Source: Chrysomallon squamiferum (lineage: Eukaryota > Animalia > Mollusca). Taken from it: a stretch of DNA of 64,000 nucleotides. The position numbers and the translations under genes are program-made. Where the stretch lies: the NCBI GenBank assembly GCA_012295275.1, contig CM022676.1, positions 17,174,001 to 17,238,000 on the forward strand, in the 5' to 3' direction. The notes under the pieces are model-generated. The model was not told the DNA's origin and did no database searches. It was given only the letters and a program-made list of their open reading frames with translations. The first letter of the stretch is position 1; each line of letters opens with the position of its first letter. This document shows positions 1-14,059 of the stretch, piece by piece.

Positions 1-63
1 TCAACCCACACTGGTCCTGTTCCTTCTCCAAAGTGAGCATTCTTATACGTCTTTGCGTTGAAT
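1..63 (-). CDS. Gene 2 SRCR C-half exon (type 2), truncated by window edge
   Basis: cctag|A TTC AAC GCA AAG...; [20 protein letters not shown]. Confidence 0.88.
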
Positions 64-575
64 CTAGGATTTACAAATCACAAACTGAACTGATTGATCT
101 TGGTTAGTAGAACTATTGATCAACCTGTACTACGTGATCATCCAGATTTTATCTGATTTTGTATAGCGCAAATAGAAAAGAACTCATATTTTACAACTGT
201 TTATAAACAGAACAATGTAATTCAAGGTAAAAATTTTCTTACTGACTGAACCCTAAAAGTGTACAGAAAAAGCCTGCATTTTTGTCGTCAAATTTGTCAC
301 CACAGACAGTTCCCCATGTATCGTTAAGTTTGATCTCAACTCGACCCTGTGTTGAAATACCTCCACCATTGACTAGCCTGAGAGACACTGAAAACATAAA
401 AAAAATAATATAAAATTCCAAATTTACCTTTCAGTTTACATATGCTATATTTACAATACCATGAAGATATTGGATTTCTTCAAATTTCATTACAGTCAAA
501 CATGCAGTTGTGGTCTTCTGTTGGTTGACATTATCTTCTGAAGGAAGGCTGGTGTTTAAAATTATTAAACAGTCC

Positions 576-629
<54 letters not shown>

Positions 630-1701
630 GTTCTTTCTTTGTTTCTTTTCAGTAACTTTCCATGTTTACTTCTACTTTAGAAAATCGATTTTGTAGTATC
701 AATTAATACTCTTGTAACTCTATTTCTTCTGAAGACTTCGCACAAGCTGTTTCGTTCCCCACCGACTTTATTTTCCTATTTATATGGAAGTCAACAAGAA
801 TAATCTGCACAGTTTCACTAATGAGTTTCCTCTGATGTCTATAATAAGTCTTACATGAATTACAAATGATCAAACAGACAAACAAGGAAACCAATAAACA
901 AACAACAAGCAAACAAACAAACAAACATGTAAACTAACTAATAAATACAAAACTATTGCATCATTAATATATCACAATTCAATTTAGATTATTTTAAAGC
1001 CGGCTTGTTAGTTAACTCTCGTACTCAATCCTGATATTAGTTTCTTTGTTTCATTTATTACTAAAGACAAATAAAGATAGATACACTCTTCAGTACAACA
1101 CTATTAAATACACGGATTAAAATGTTGATGCCAACAAGTTAAAATACTTTGTTAAAATACTCTGTTACTGATACACAAGAAATACATAAAATAAGTAACA
1201 CGTGTAAACTGACATTGACAGGTGATACCAGCATCCTCTGAGTGATCACAGTTGTGTTTCCCCCATCCAGGAAATGAACACTTTTCAACACTCTCTTCAT
1301 CTCCATCACATCCCAGATTATCAAGCCATATTTGTCCAGTTCCTTCTCCAAATTGAGCAAAAGGATACGATGTTGCATTAAAACTTCAAAAGAAATGAAT
1401 ATTATGTACAGTGAAATGAATATTATAGAACATCGTTTATTAAACACCTTGAACAGATCTCATTTTAATCTCAATATTATAGAAGAAAGTAATTACTTTC
1501 TAAGTGATTCCAGCAATGTTTAATACAAGAATGTGTTGATACTGAAAAGATAGTTTAAATATCCTAAGTGAAATGTGATTCTTCATCATCATAACTGCTA
1601 TTCTTTTGCTTTTTCCTTCTTCTTCTTCTTCTTTATATTATTATTATTATTACTATTATTATTATTATTGTTATTATTATTGTTATTGTTATTGGTATTA
1701 C

Positions 1702-1737
<36 letters not shown>

Positions 1738-2359
1738 ATGAGTAATACAATGAATAAAAAGTAAGTATAATAAATATTATGGAATATTCTGTGGAAAAGT
1801 GTTCAACACACTGGCATTTAGTTCCAAGGTTTTCAGAATAATATACTTATTTTCTAAATTATTTCAAAACAATTTTAGTGAACAATGTTTGTTACAATAA
1901 TACCTTTAACATAGTGTAAATATAATCAACATCATTATTTACATTTACTACTACTCCGACTAATAATAATAGTATTAATAATAATACTACGACTACTACA
2001 GTTATCATTATTTCTTATAAAAAATATTTGAAATGTTAAAAATCCCATCCAGAGGAATTCCTCGTGTAATGCATTTGAACAACAATTAATTATCTTCTGG
2101 TTGTGAACAAATTTGAATCTACTACATCTGTAAAAAGACGTTTTTTTTTTGTTTGTTTTTTTGTTTCATTAAACAACGAAAATAAATAAATAAAAATATA
2201 ATAAACAAAGTACCGACTAAATCCTAACATGTGACATAAGACAGAAGCATCTTTCTCATCAAAATCATCATCACAGATTGTTCCCCACGTCCCGTTTACT
2301 TGAATCTCAACTCGACCTTGTGCTGGTTTTTCCTCTTCCATTCACTAACCTTACGGGTA
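1..2359 (-). CDS. Gene 2: tandem SRCR paralog, 5' part (type-4 then type-2 domain), continues beyond window start; possibly a pseudogene
   Basis: Exons 2214-2359 (146 nt, +1 frameshift), 1214-1383, 243-387, <1-63 with the same split-SRCR structure. Confidence 0.8.
243..387 (-). CDS. Gene 2 SRCR N-half exon (type 2)
   Basis: 145 nt; [48 protein letters not shown]. Confidence 0.9.
1214..1383 (-). CDS. Gene 2 SRCR C-half exon (type 4)
   Basis: 170 nt; [56 protein letters not shown]. Confidence 0.88.
2214..2359 (-). CDS. Gene 2 SRCR N-half exon (type 4), frameshifted
   Basis: [10 protein letters not shown]+[38 protein letters not shown]; T5 at about 2327-2331 where paralogs 37038 and 52078 have T4. 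Confidence 0.8.
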
Positions 2360-3063
2360 CTGAAATAATAACAGGTTTATATATGATCAGTCAATTATAA
2401 TAGTGCTAGTTATTCAGAAAGAAAACAGTATATCCTGAACTATGCTAATTTTCATTTACAAAGATATTTGTTAGTGTATAATACAGATACCATCATATCT
2501 TGGCGTTGTTGTAGATACCAACATCGAACATTTGTGTCATAAACAAGGATTTTTATTATAGTTATTTTAATGAAACCACAATAATAATAATAATAATAAT
2601 AATAATCATAATAATAATGATGATGATGAAATACTGAAAGGTTTCAATATGAACTGACACAGCCATGGTTAATATATAATTAATGAAATAATAATTCACA
2701 CCGATGCGTTTATTCCATTTTACAAAATATTTCTTAAAGCCTAAGTTCTGTGCTTAAAATACGTACGGTTTTCTTCTTTGTTTTTTGTTTTTTTCAATAT
2801 TTTAATTTAGCAAATTCAAAGTCACGATAGAAAATAGTGATAAAGCTATTTACTTTTTCAGAAATAACAATCCGCATTTATTATTGTAATACTGCACATA
2901 TTTGGAAATTGTTATGTTGAACCGGATCAGATAATTCAACTATATAATTGGATTAATTAATTATAATTCAGTTGTCTATGATTTAAGATTGGTTTTATTA
3001 GTTCTTGAATGAACACAGTATAAGTCGTTTGGAGTAATAATTTTTATATGATAGAAATAAAAG

Positions 3064-3099
<36 letters not shown>

Positions 3100-4129
3100 A
3101 TAAATATTATGCATAATTGACAATTCTAATGATTAACAGGACCACACAATTCAACTTTAGATGTGCACTAATTAAAAGTTATTAATGTGTTTATTATTTA
3201 ATTTTAGCTTTATCACTGCTTGAATAAACACAGAATATAAAGCATTTTAACTAAGACATGTTTTTTTGTTTTTTTTTACTCTAAAATATCTCTTCACTGA
3301 CAAGCGATCTCAGTTTAATCAGCAGCAGCTGGAAACAAACAGTTCAGTTGAAAATTAAACTTTTCAGTGACTCAGTTAGGATCAGTTTCAGACTGGAAAC
3401 GTAAAGAGGTCTTAAATTTAGATAAATAAAAACAATATATATATATAAAAATGATAAAGCCGAATTTTGTATCACATACAAAAACAGCGCAAGACCTGGA
3501 AGTGAAACACTGAAACGTTTTAATCACACAATATCAACACGGTCATACAACACGTCACACTGAATATTTAAAATTCAAAATAAATTCAAATTAGCTAAAC
3601 CTTTTTTTTTAAATTAACGGACAAAATACTATATATATATATTTGTATGTTTATGCATATATATATATATATATATATGCATGCATGTTGAGACAGGAAT
3701 CACACTTTTAAACACCTTGGATGTTTTATTAAGGTTCAGTCTAAGATAACATGATGATTTAACAAGGAATACAAACGCTAAATTGTCAGCAACTTATATA
3801 AATCAATAAGTATATCTACCCACTAGAGAAATAAACACAACGCAAGTTAATTTTCACGTTAATTATTTAATTATGATATGCAGGTGTCTTGATATGTACA
3901 CAGTACACAATCATAAAGCATATGTTTAAGTAATTTTGATTAATGATACGAGTAAGGTTATATGGTGAACCAAGACAAAATAAGAATCTGCACCGGAGAC
4001 ACAATAAGACGTTAAAATTGTATTTATAATTAAAGTTATTGACACAAGTTAACTGCACATTACAGCCTATCAAAATAATAATAGACTATTGCTTGCCACG
4101 CTCTTTCGTGAAGACAATGTCATTAAAAA

Positions 4130-7100
4130 ATTTGACGTGTGAATATGAATGTCTATACGGATGTCAATAGTAATTATTAAATACAAAATATTTAAGTGTT
4201 ATTTTCATATTCATCTTCAGTTATTATTAGACATTACTCAACATCATTTATCGTCGTTGAACACTTTATAAATGAAAACTTTCTGTTTGAAGTTGTTTTG
4301 TATTCGTTTGTTCTTGAGAACGTGATCGAAGTCACATAACTTGCAAGTCACGGTTCTTAAGTTATCAGGTGTCACTTTACAGGGGTCAAATTAAGATAAA
4401 GAGTTTAAAGAAGCCGTGCAACTTGTTACGGGTAAATAAACAAACTGATACTGCTTAATTGTTTGATGTTATTGTATTTTGTAATTTTTTAAATTTTCTT
4501 TTATTCTGTGGCTGTGTAATTTAATTTGTACTACCAGAAACCAGTAAGAACGATACAACAAGAGAACATATACATACACATATATTTTATTATTTCTGTG
4601 CTGAATTTTTTGTTATTCTTGAGATTATTACATCTAGTCCTCTAGTTGGTTCTTTCTTACCGGTTTATATATATATATATACCCCACACACACAAAAAAA
4701 AAAAAATAAATAAATAAATAAATAATTAAAATCTATAGTTTGATAATCTTAGTTTTTTAAAAATATTGCAACCTGGTGCTTTTTTGTATTATTTAATCTC
4801 TAAAAGTGTGAAAATAGACATTGTGTGGTCAGCATGTTCATTTTAAGTGCATTTCACAATTAAACTCAAAATATTACATTTTGCGTTGTAGGTAACACTT
4901 TGAACTTTAATTTTCAATTGAAGTCATTTCAAGGTCGAGCAAAAGGTAAAAATATTCCAAAATGTAGTTCCTACCGCCTAGTGGCTCATTTGGACTCCTT
5001 ACCAAATTATCCTTCCAATAAAACATTTTCATCAAAATGTATAAATCTAAAAATAGTCGCAGTTATGCCCATTGCGCCAAAATCTCAACATTCGAGAGCG
5101 AATATTATTAAGCCTGTTGTACCAATATCATCTAACAAACATACTTTCTGCTGTGAATCTTTTGTCAGTGCAGACTTATCCATTTTTCAATTCACGATCC
5201 TCATATTTCCATACCTCACTGATACACAATTTTAATTATCATTATAACTATCGATTATTTCTTTCTTTATAACTATATACATACAAATAATATGACATAC
5301 GTGAAATGACTGCAGTAAATAAATCCATGCTTTTGGAAAGAAAGACATTTCTTAATTAAAAACTGACTACATCATTCTGTCTCCATCAAACACAACTACT
5401 TTAATTCAGATGCTTATTGCTAGCTTTATATACATTGCACGTTGACTGACGCAGTTTATTTCGTAATTGTACGGATCTTTGTTCTTAGTCGCTGGAATGG
5501 AACGTATGACACAGATGAGGTAAACACAGAAGTGTTATCGTTTAGTCTGTCCACTTGTCTTTCTATTCATCTTGATTTATCTATCTGTCTATCTATATTT
5601 ATTTATTCCAAATCGTTTGTCATTATATATATATGAGATACGTATATACCTCCGTGAATGTGTCTAAATGTGATAGCACGAGCGCGTGTGTTTGTGTGGT
5701 TCTGTTTGTGTGTGTCTGATTCTGTGAACACCGGCTCGTATGTCCGTATGTTTTATTACAGATATTCTGTTCTGAACTTCTATATTGATCCAGTAGTAAA
5801 TTCTAATAAATTCTTCAGCGTAAACATCATTAGTCTGTAACTATCGAAGAATCATGTTGTTGGTGATTTATCAACACAGGCACATTCCGAAGCCGTCATG
5901 AACATACATTAACCATTAAACACTTAATTCATTAATTTTTAAGCGAATGGTAAATGTTTATTTGACCATCCCAAACATTTCAGACAATTTGGAAATAAGG
6001 TTATTTTTTTTTCCTCACATTTCCTATTACCCATCAAGCCACATATATCTGAGGTATTTTTAGAGTAAACCTTGTGAATCCTGAAACCGTGGAATTGTCC
6101 TAATAGTGGATCAGACAAAATGAAATAAAACAATTCGGTAGTAGACAAAAATATTTAGAGTATTTATCTTTTTCTCCATAGGTACAGTCAAACATTTTGA
6201 TGTACATACAAACACTCAGTTATATACAGATCATACACAGATGAACACACTAATTTATCTGGCCTACATTTCAAACAAGCAGAGTTAGTTTTATATACTG
6301 GTCATGCTAGTTTCATCACAAAGCCAAAACAGTATACAATAATATTTGGAAAAACAACAAAAAAGCAGCATTATTATTATCTCTAGATAAGTTGTAACGT
6401 TTTAACAGAGTGTGATATTGCATAACAAGACAACAACTATGACAAATTAAACAAAAAGGTGCATAATAATTTGTAACCTTTAATACTGTCTTACCTACAC
6501 AACTGATATTTCATTTTAATTTTAATAAACACTCCTATGATTTGAATATTTTTTTAAATGTATTTAATTTCTTGCACAGCTGGAGACCTATTTACGTCTA
6601 AGTTCTCTTCTTCAAAAACATGACCTTTTCTCAGTATTTTACTTTAGCCAATCAGTAATCAGGATAGAAAGTAGTGATAAGGCTATTTTTTTACTATCAT
6701 TATTTTTATACCAATTTGTTTTTAACAAAATTTGGATACTTATGCGTATGTGTGTATGTATACATGTTTGTACATATGTATATATGTATGCGTTTAAATA
6801 TGCATCTATGCATGTATTAATAATTATGTGTGAATGTGACTAATGTTTATAGGAATTATTATAGTAATTATTAAATTAAATTATTAAATTTGTGATAATA
6901 AAACATAGCTAATGTGTCCTTTTAATATTTGGTTTTCTCGCCTAGACACAGAACGGAAGAGGTGAACAATAATAACACGTAATATCGTCCATTAAGCCGA
7001 ACATTGATCGTACTCGTGAACCGGGAAGTGTTGTCATCAACCAGTAACAGAATAATTGAAAACACGATTTTTAAGCAAAGATCAAAATAATGAAATTAAT

Positions 7101-9126
7101 GATATTATTTAAACCGAAACGTTTTGATTTCATAATTCGTCAATTTTTAACGATCGTTCACATAAAAACTGCTCTGGCATACATACGACAATCACACTTA
7201 AATTAACTGAGTGAATACATTGTACTAACTAAATCAATGCATTAATCAATAATTACAAAAATCTGATATATCTAAACTTATCACTCGATTCTCGTTGTGG
7301 CTTCATTCGTTATGATTATTATCTTGTTTCAGTTGTATTTTCTCTTAGTCACTGAGTCAGTTTATGTAAAAATTTCGTCGACATTTTGCGAGTTGGATTC
7401 GATATCTATCCGCAGATAGATTGCTGCAGAACATTTTTTTTTTTCTTTTTTTCTTTAATATGTTTTTCTTTATTTTTAGATTATTTAAATTTTTAATATT
7501 ATCTTTTTTATTCTACAATTAAGTGCATTTTTGTAATGTTTTCTCTCTGAGTTAACGTTATTAATTGTGTTCATTAATCACACTTTATTTAAACACAAGT
7601 CTCTCCATTATGCATTCCCAGTAGCATTTATTGTTCCTGAAAAATTTAATCCCTTGATTTGTACCTAACTAGGTCGCATTATTTTGTTTGCTGAATGCTA
7701 TAACATTATATACATTAAACCACTGTAGTTATAAAAAGTACATCGTTTTAAAAATTAGGAAAGATTCATATTACATATTTAAAAACTGAACAAATCATTT
7801 TGCCTCTGTCAAACACAATTACTTAATGTGTGTCCTGATTCCTGTTTTTGTATACATAACATTCTGACTGACAAAGCTTAATCTTATAATCGGAAAGCTA
7901 ACTGAATCCAGATTTATACACTGTATAATTATTCCAGATGTAACTCTTTGACAATTCATAAACAGGCAAACAGACATATATAATATATATTACAAATAAT
8001 GCAAGTATTTTTTAACCGGACAGCTGACTTAACCCAATTGTGCACGTTGTAGGATTATATCATGGTACGACTATTTCACAGTTCATAAACAAGAGTACAG
8101 ACAAAGGATACTATTTAGATATGATTGTTGACACTTAACAAAAGGGTGGACACTCAGATGTAAAATCTGCTAAAATATAACGACTGTTTCTCAGTGCTAA
8201 ACGCGAACTGACAACTTTAAATATTTTACTATATTTCGCGGGGAAAATAGTTAACAGTAGTGAAAATAGACATACATTAAATACGTCAAGCTGTATGAGT
8301 TGTTCGTCCGTGCTAAACAAATAATAATGCTGTATACTTGTTAAACACGGATTGATGCGAAATTGAAATATTTTACTGGGGTTTCGTACTTTGCAGTTTC
8401 GATGATTCTACACATACGACTTTTGTAGATTAATGTTAATTATTGTGCAGTTATTGTCTCTTTGTTTGTTGTTGTTGTTTTTGTTTGTTTTTAATTATTA
8501 TTTTATGTTATAGATCGTTAAAGCATACTTAAAGATAATTTTGTAATGCTGTTTTCGTTTTCCAAATATATCACTGTACATATAATTGTACTCAAATCAT
8601 ACTCGGATACCCAGTATAGCGAATGTGTGTTTGTTTGTTATGTAGGTCAGATAACAAGAGTCTGTCACTGCTGATCTAAATACACAGAGGTATACCTGCG
8701 TGCTATTTACGACGATTTGAGAAATTCATTTTTTATACAGCTCTGGACATAAGTGTAGAAATAAATAGGAAAGCATGAAATCATTTACCTGTATCAATAT
8801 TCAAGATAAATAATAACATGTTCAATAGCAAAAATAACGAGAAAAACAATAATAATATATTATAAAACATGATCAGAAAAGGTAAACATTTAAATTCTTG
8901 AACGTTATCTTCTTCTTCTACTTCTTCTTCCTCTTTTTCAGTTATTAACACGCAGGTCAGAACATCGTTTATCGACAAACCAGTGAAATACATTCTATAT
9001 TCAAATTTTGTGAATTAGATTCATAGCAAATTTAAATCATAAACAGAGACGGGGTAGAAAAATATCTCAGAAAAGTAAACAGCAAATCTTTGCTATCAGG
9101 ATTCCCTGTGTTTACCCTGAAAGTCA

Positions 9127-9164
<38 letters not shown>

Positions 9165-9974
9165 GAAGAAGAAGAATAATAATAATAATAATAGACAATC
9201 ACAGTCAGTAAGAATATAAATTATGTTCTTAATTATGTGGCACCCACGTGTATATATATACAATTGAAAATCTCGCACAGACAAGAATTATATTTTGTCT
9301 CAAAATAAGTTTTAAATGTTCTGCTGCATGTTAACTGTATACGTCTTAATAGCTCGTTTTCTAAAACGTGAATATTTATTATTTAGATCAGACAGCAACA
9401 GCTCAGTACTGCTATCGCGATAGCTAGATGTATGCTACTTTGACTTGTGATCTACACCGACAAAATTCTACAAGCTTCTTTTAACTATTTTTGTTATTAT
9501 TTTGTTATTATTATTATTATTTTTTATTATATATTTATAATTTATCATCGAATTGAAACGAAAGAAAATATTCAGTGTGCAATCTACGCATTTATTCTAC
9601 AACTAGCAGATTCTATACACTTATTTTAATTATTCTTTTGCTTATTTTGTTTAACCATATCAATTAGCAAGTATCTTGGAAGTAAAATACAGAGTCATTC
9701 ATCTGAAACCGATTTAAACTCCTAACACAACCTGCTCAAATGATACTCGTGTAACCAGTATAGCGAGTGCGTGTTTGTTTCTTACATAGGTCAGATTAAA
9801 CAGTGTGTATGACGAGACAAAAAGGTATATTTGCGACGATCTGGAAAATTCATTGTTAATACTCCGGACATAAGGCAGAAATAAACAGTAAACATTACTT
9901 GCATTTGTCTACATTTGTCAGAAGATAAATAACTGCAACTGATCAGTAACAATAACAGTAATAAAGACGATAAC

Positions 9975-10007
<33 letters not shown>

Positions 10008-12960
10008 TCAAATGATGATGATAATAATAACAAAAATGATGATAATGATGATGATGATGGGGCTAGCAGCTCTAATGGCACCATATATAAATAAGTAAAT
10101 AATAATAATAATAATAATAATAACGATAATAATTATAATATAGATACCAAAGTTTCAAATGAGAAATGTTTGCTTGAAGTACTTTTATGTCAGCATCAAG
10201 GACCACAGCCACAACAACAATAATTAAAAACAGATAAATAATAATAGTAAATACGTCATATAATTATAATCTCTTTAAATTGTTTTAATGTCGTTGAACT
10301 CTTTCCAAATGACAACTTTCTGTTTGATTTATTTAATTTTTTTTTTTTCAGTGTAATAATCTCGTTAACAAAACACATCGTCTACTATTGGAAAAGTGAC
10401 TGGACTCACATATTACAGGTCACGGTTCTAGGGTTGTCAGGTGTCACTTTACAGGGGCAAAGTCAGACAAAAGCTATAAAGAAGCCGAGCAACTTGTTAA
10501 GGGTACTGCTTAATTGTTTGATGCAGTTGTACTGTATATTTTTTTGAAATTTTCTATTATTCTATAGCTGTTTAATTGAATATGCATAGTCAGAAACCAG
10601 TAAAAAAGATACAGTAATAATATCTATCAGTGATAATGCCACCTTGAAACATTAAATAAACAGCACTGTACCACAAAGTACAAATATATATATTATCTCC
10701 GAAATAGATTTATAATTACACAAAACAAAATAAATCAAACTAAATTGTTACGAAACCTATTTAAAACACAGAGTCATTCAGTTGAAACCTGCTTAATGAC
10801 AAAATTGATAACCGGAGAATCAAAATGATAATTTATTTAAAATGTTTAAGTCGTTTGTATTAAACATATAGATACTTAGAAACACATACCACACTGCATA
10901 ATTACAGCATGAAGACAAATAAGAATAAAATATTATTAAATCTCAAACTCATTACTTATGACCAAAGTTTCAGTGGTTCTCCGCAGATACCTCTGAGTAG
11001 ATCGAAGGTAAACACGGGCTCTGCAAGAACCCACTTGTTTCGACAAGGCGTATTATTTTCAAAAACAGTTTTTCTTGTTGCCGGTCTATTTCATATCCCC
11101 CCCCAAACAAATTTAACGAGTGCGGAATGAAAGAGCCAAAGCATTTATGCCTGGTTTTAAAAGTTTGATTTTACAGTAACTTAAGCTGTATCCAACAATA
11201 GTATAACCTCATGACATGACAGTATATTAAACCATTAAATAGTGTCAGCACGTCTCTATTACGTATGTTTTATTACTGAACTCAAAATGTAATAGATTCT
11301 GCAACTTTTATATTGTGAGTTGATTTCAAGATCACGTGGTAACAAAGTCAAATGTAAAGTAAAAAAAAGGTGTTAAAGGTTACACACTTTTAGTTGTACA
11401 TGTTAAGGAAATAACGGCACATTTGGAATCCCTATCAGCTTAGCGTACCAATGAAATACTTTCATCCAAAACGATCCACTGTTTACCAGATATCAGGTCT
11501 GAAAATCTGTTATGACAATGTCAAAATTCGAGGGTCAATAATACTAAGGAAATATATTTACCATTTAAGCAATAACGTCCTATATATGAAAGTTAATCAG
11601 TGAATCTTTTGTTCATGCAGTTTAAGCCATTACTCAGACAACGATTCTCATTTTAGAACATACATCTATGTTTGACTGGTTATGAGATTTAAATAAAACG
11701 GACAGGGTAAAAGAGAAATTCGATTTAACCGAGAATTATCCATGTGAATGCAAATTTTATTGTCATAATTATTAAGTAGTTCACTCTTTATACGTATATT
11801 AATAAAAAAATAAAAAATAAAAAATAAAACTGACATACCTGAAACGACTGTAGATATTAGAAATGAGTAAATCCATATATACTGAAAGAAAGACATTTCT
11901 TTTATAAAAACTGTACAGATCATTTTGCCCCGCTCAAACACAACTACTGTGATTTAGATCCTGATTCCTTTCTTTATATGCATAGCTCGTTGACTGACGA
12001 ATGCAAATTTACAAGTGGCGCATGTCAGAATGACATAAAAGCAAAGTACTTATGTTAGTTATTCGTGTTTATTTATCGACCAATTTATATACCGTGTGCC
12101 TATATCCACCAATATGACGTCTATCTATCTTTATTTATTTATTTAAAATAGTTTGTCAGTTTGTATACTCTAGAAACCCAAATCAACATAAGGTACGTGT
12201 GTGTTTAAGTGTGATAGTGTGTGTGAATGTGTATGATAGAGATTATATGAACACTGATTCATTTGTAATGGCTATTCTGATATAAACTTCTATCTTGATT
12301 CGATCAATTCTGATAACTATTTCAGCGAATTCGGGATTCGAGATATAGTTTCATTGCTACTAACAAAAATACTAGAGGTATTGTGTCTTTATGGGATAGC
12401 TGTCTCAACATTTCTGTATATTGAACCGGTCGTTTCAAAAATAAGAGAAAAAAAATAAAGTTTTTACTTTCTTTTTGTTATAGAATATGTTTAGTACGGA
12501 AAGTGGTTTCGCTAATTATCACTAGACGAAACATGCATAATCAAAAACAATTTTTTTCAGTATAGCCTCTTTGCTCATTTTCTTGACTATTTAAAAACAA
12601 AATAATGACCTGTATGTTCTACAGTGTGCTACAGAACTTTTTTCAAAAGAGGTAAAGCTCATTCATGACGGGAATTACCATGCTACCAGTGTAACAAAAC
12701 ACTGGAAAATACTAGGCAAATTCGATGTGATATTTTGTCTCTGAATATTTAGTTAAGTCATCAGATTACATCATGCTCTTGATCATGCATTAAAATTATT
12801 TTATCATCAGAGGCAGTACAGCATATTTTGGGGGTACCAATTTAATAGTCATCTCAGTTGCTAGGAGATCAATCCCTTCTGAATCTTGATACCGTGGTAT
12901 TGTCCTGATACTGGATCAGCCAAAATGGAATAAAACAGTTTAGTAGTATCCAGAACAAAT
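4130..12960. repeat. Non-coding segmental-duplication mosaic upstream of gene 2, paralogous to 52500-63740
   Basis: Approximate block matches: 4790-5500 with 59715-60680; 6950-7260 with 61750-62130; 8880-9130 with 58770-59020; 10140-10620 with 59140-59580; 10680-11040 with 54310-54670; 11170-11660 with 56290-56750. Confidence 0.8.
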
Positions 12961-13712
12961 TTAGATTACTTTTCTCCATCAGTACATTTTAAGTAAATTT
13001 TGGCATGCATATATACAAACACAGAAACACACAAATATGTAGACAATGACATGAACATAGGTTAAGAAACAGGCACACACAGACGTGAATTTATTGAGAT
13101 CTGACAGACAGTTAGAATAGTCTGCTGTGCTCAAAGCCACACTAAGCAAATTTTATTCTCGTAAATAACACCCACATATACCTTTGTTCACTATTTTGTT
13201 TCTCACGTGCATAAATGACACCTGGCAGATTTAACTTTATATATCGATCTTGGTATACTGAAATTTCGGAAAGATAAGCATATTGGAATTATCTTTACGT
13301 AACCTGTAATGTTTTAAAGGAGAACCCTTTCATAATAAGTAGACAAACATTAAATGCTATACAAAATTAAGCTCTAAAATAGTAGCTTTGGTTTGAATGA
13401 TTATGAGTTTGACCCTATATCTAGTGACAACAAAAGCTAGTTCAATGGTCGTTAATTTATTTGTATTAACTTTGTGTACTTGAGTTAAACCATCTGATTT
13501 GTGTAGTATTTGTTTCATCATCATCATCATCATCATCATCATCTCATTATAATGAACGACATTACATTATCGATACTTTGTTTTTAATATCTTCATCCTT
13601 AAAAATATCTCTCTTTGTGTGTCCCTCTCTGTGCCCCTCTATCTGCTATTAAATTCGTTTTTGTATTTAACTTAATATTATGATTATATTCTTATTTATT
13701 TATGTGTTAAGA

Positions 13713-13768
<56 letters not shown>

Positions 13769-13963
13769 GATTATGAACCATAATCCAGGGGACCATTTCA
13801 GATAATATTATTTTTTTCTCGAGCAGTAATGAATAATTAAACATATATCCTAAGTCTAAACCAAAAATCACTTACTGAATTTATATATTATAATCAGTTT
13901 TGATTTTGAATAAAAGTAAAGACTTGAACAATAAAATTAAAACTATTCTGAATTTTGCTGCAG

Positions 13964-14059
13964 CCACAACCCATCATAGTACACGATGTGGTGGTGAGAT
14001 TGCTGCTGTTGCTATCAATGTCTGTGGTGTTGGTGTCGCTTACAGATCAGGAGTTTCAG
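13964..14059 (+). pseudogene. Orphan exon of a kexin/furin-family proprotein convertase (peptidase S8B catalytic-His region)
   Basis: ctgcag|...|gtatga; [30 protein letters not shown] resembles furin [30 protein letters not shown]; no other clear S8 exons in the window. Confidence 0.8.
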
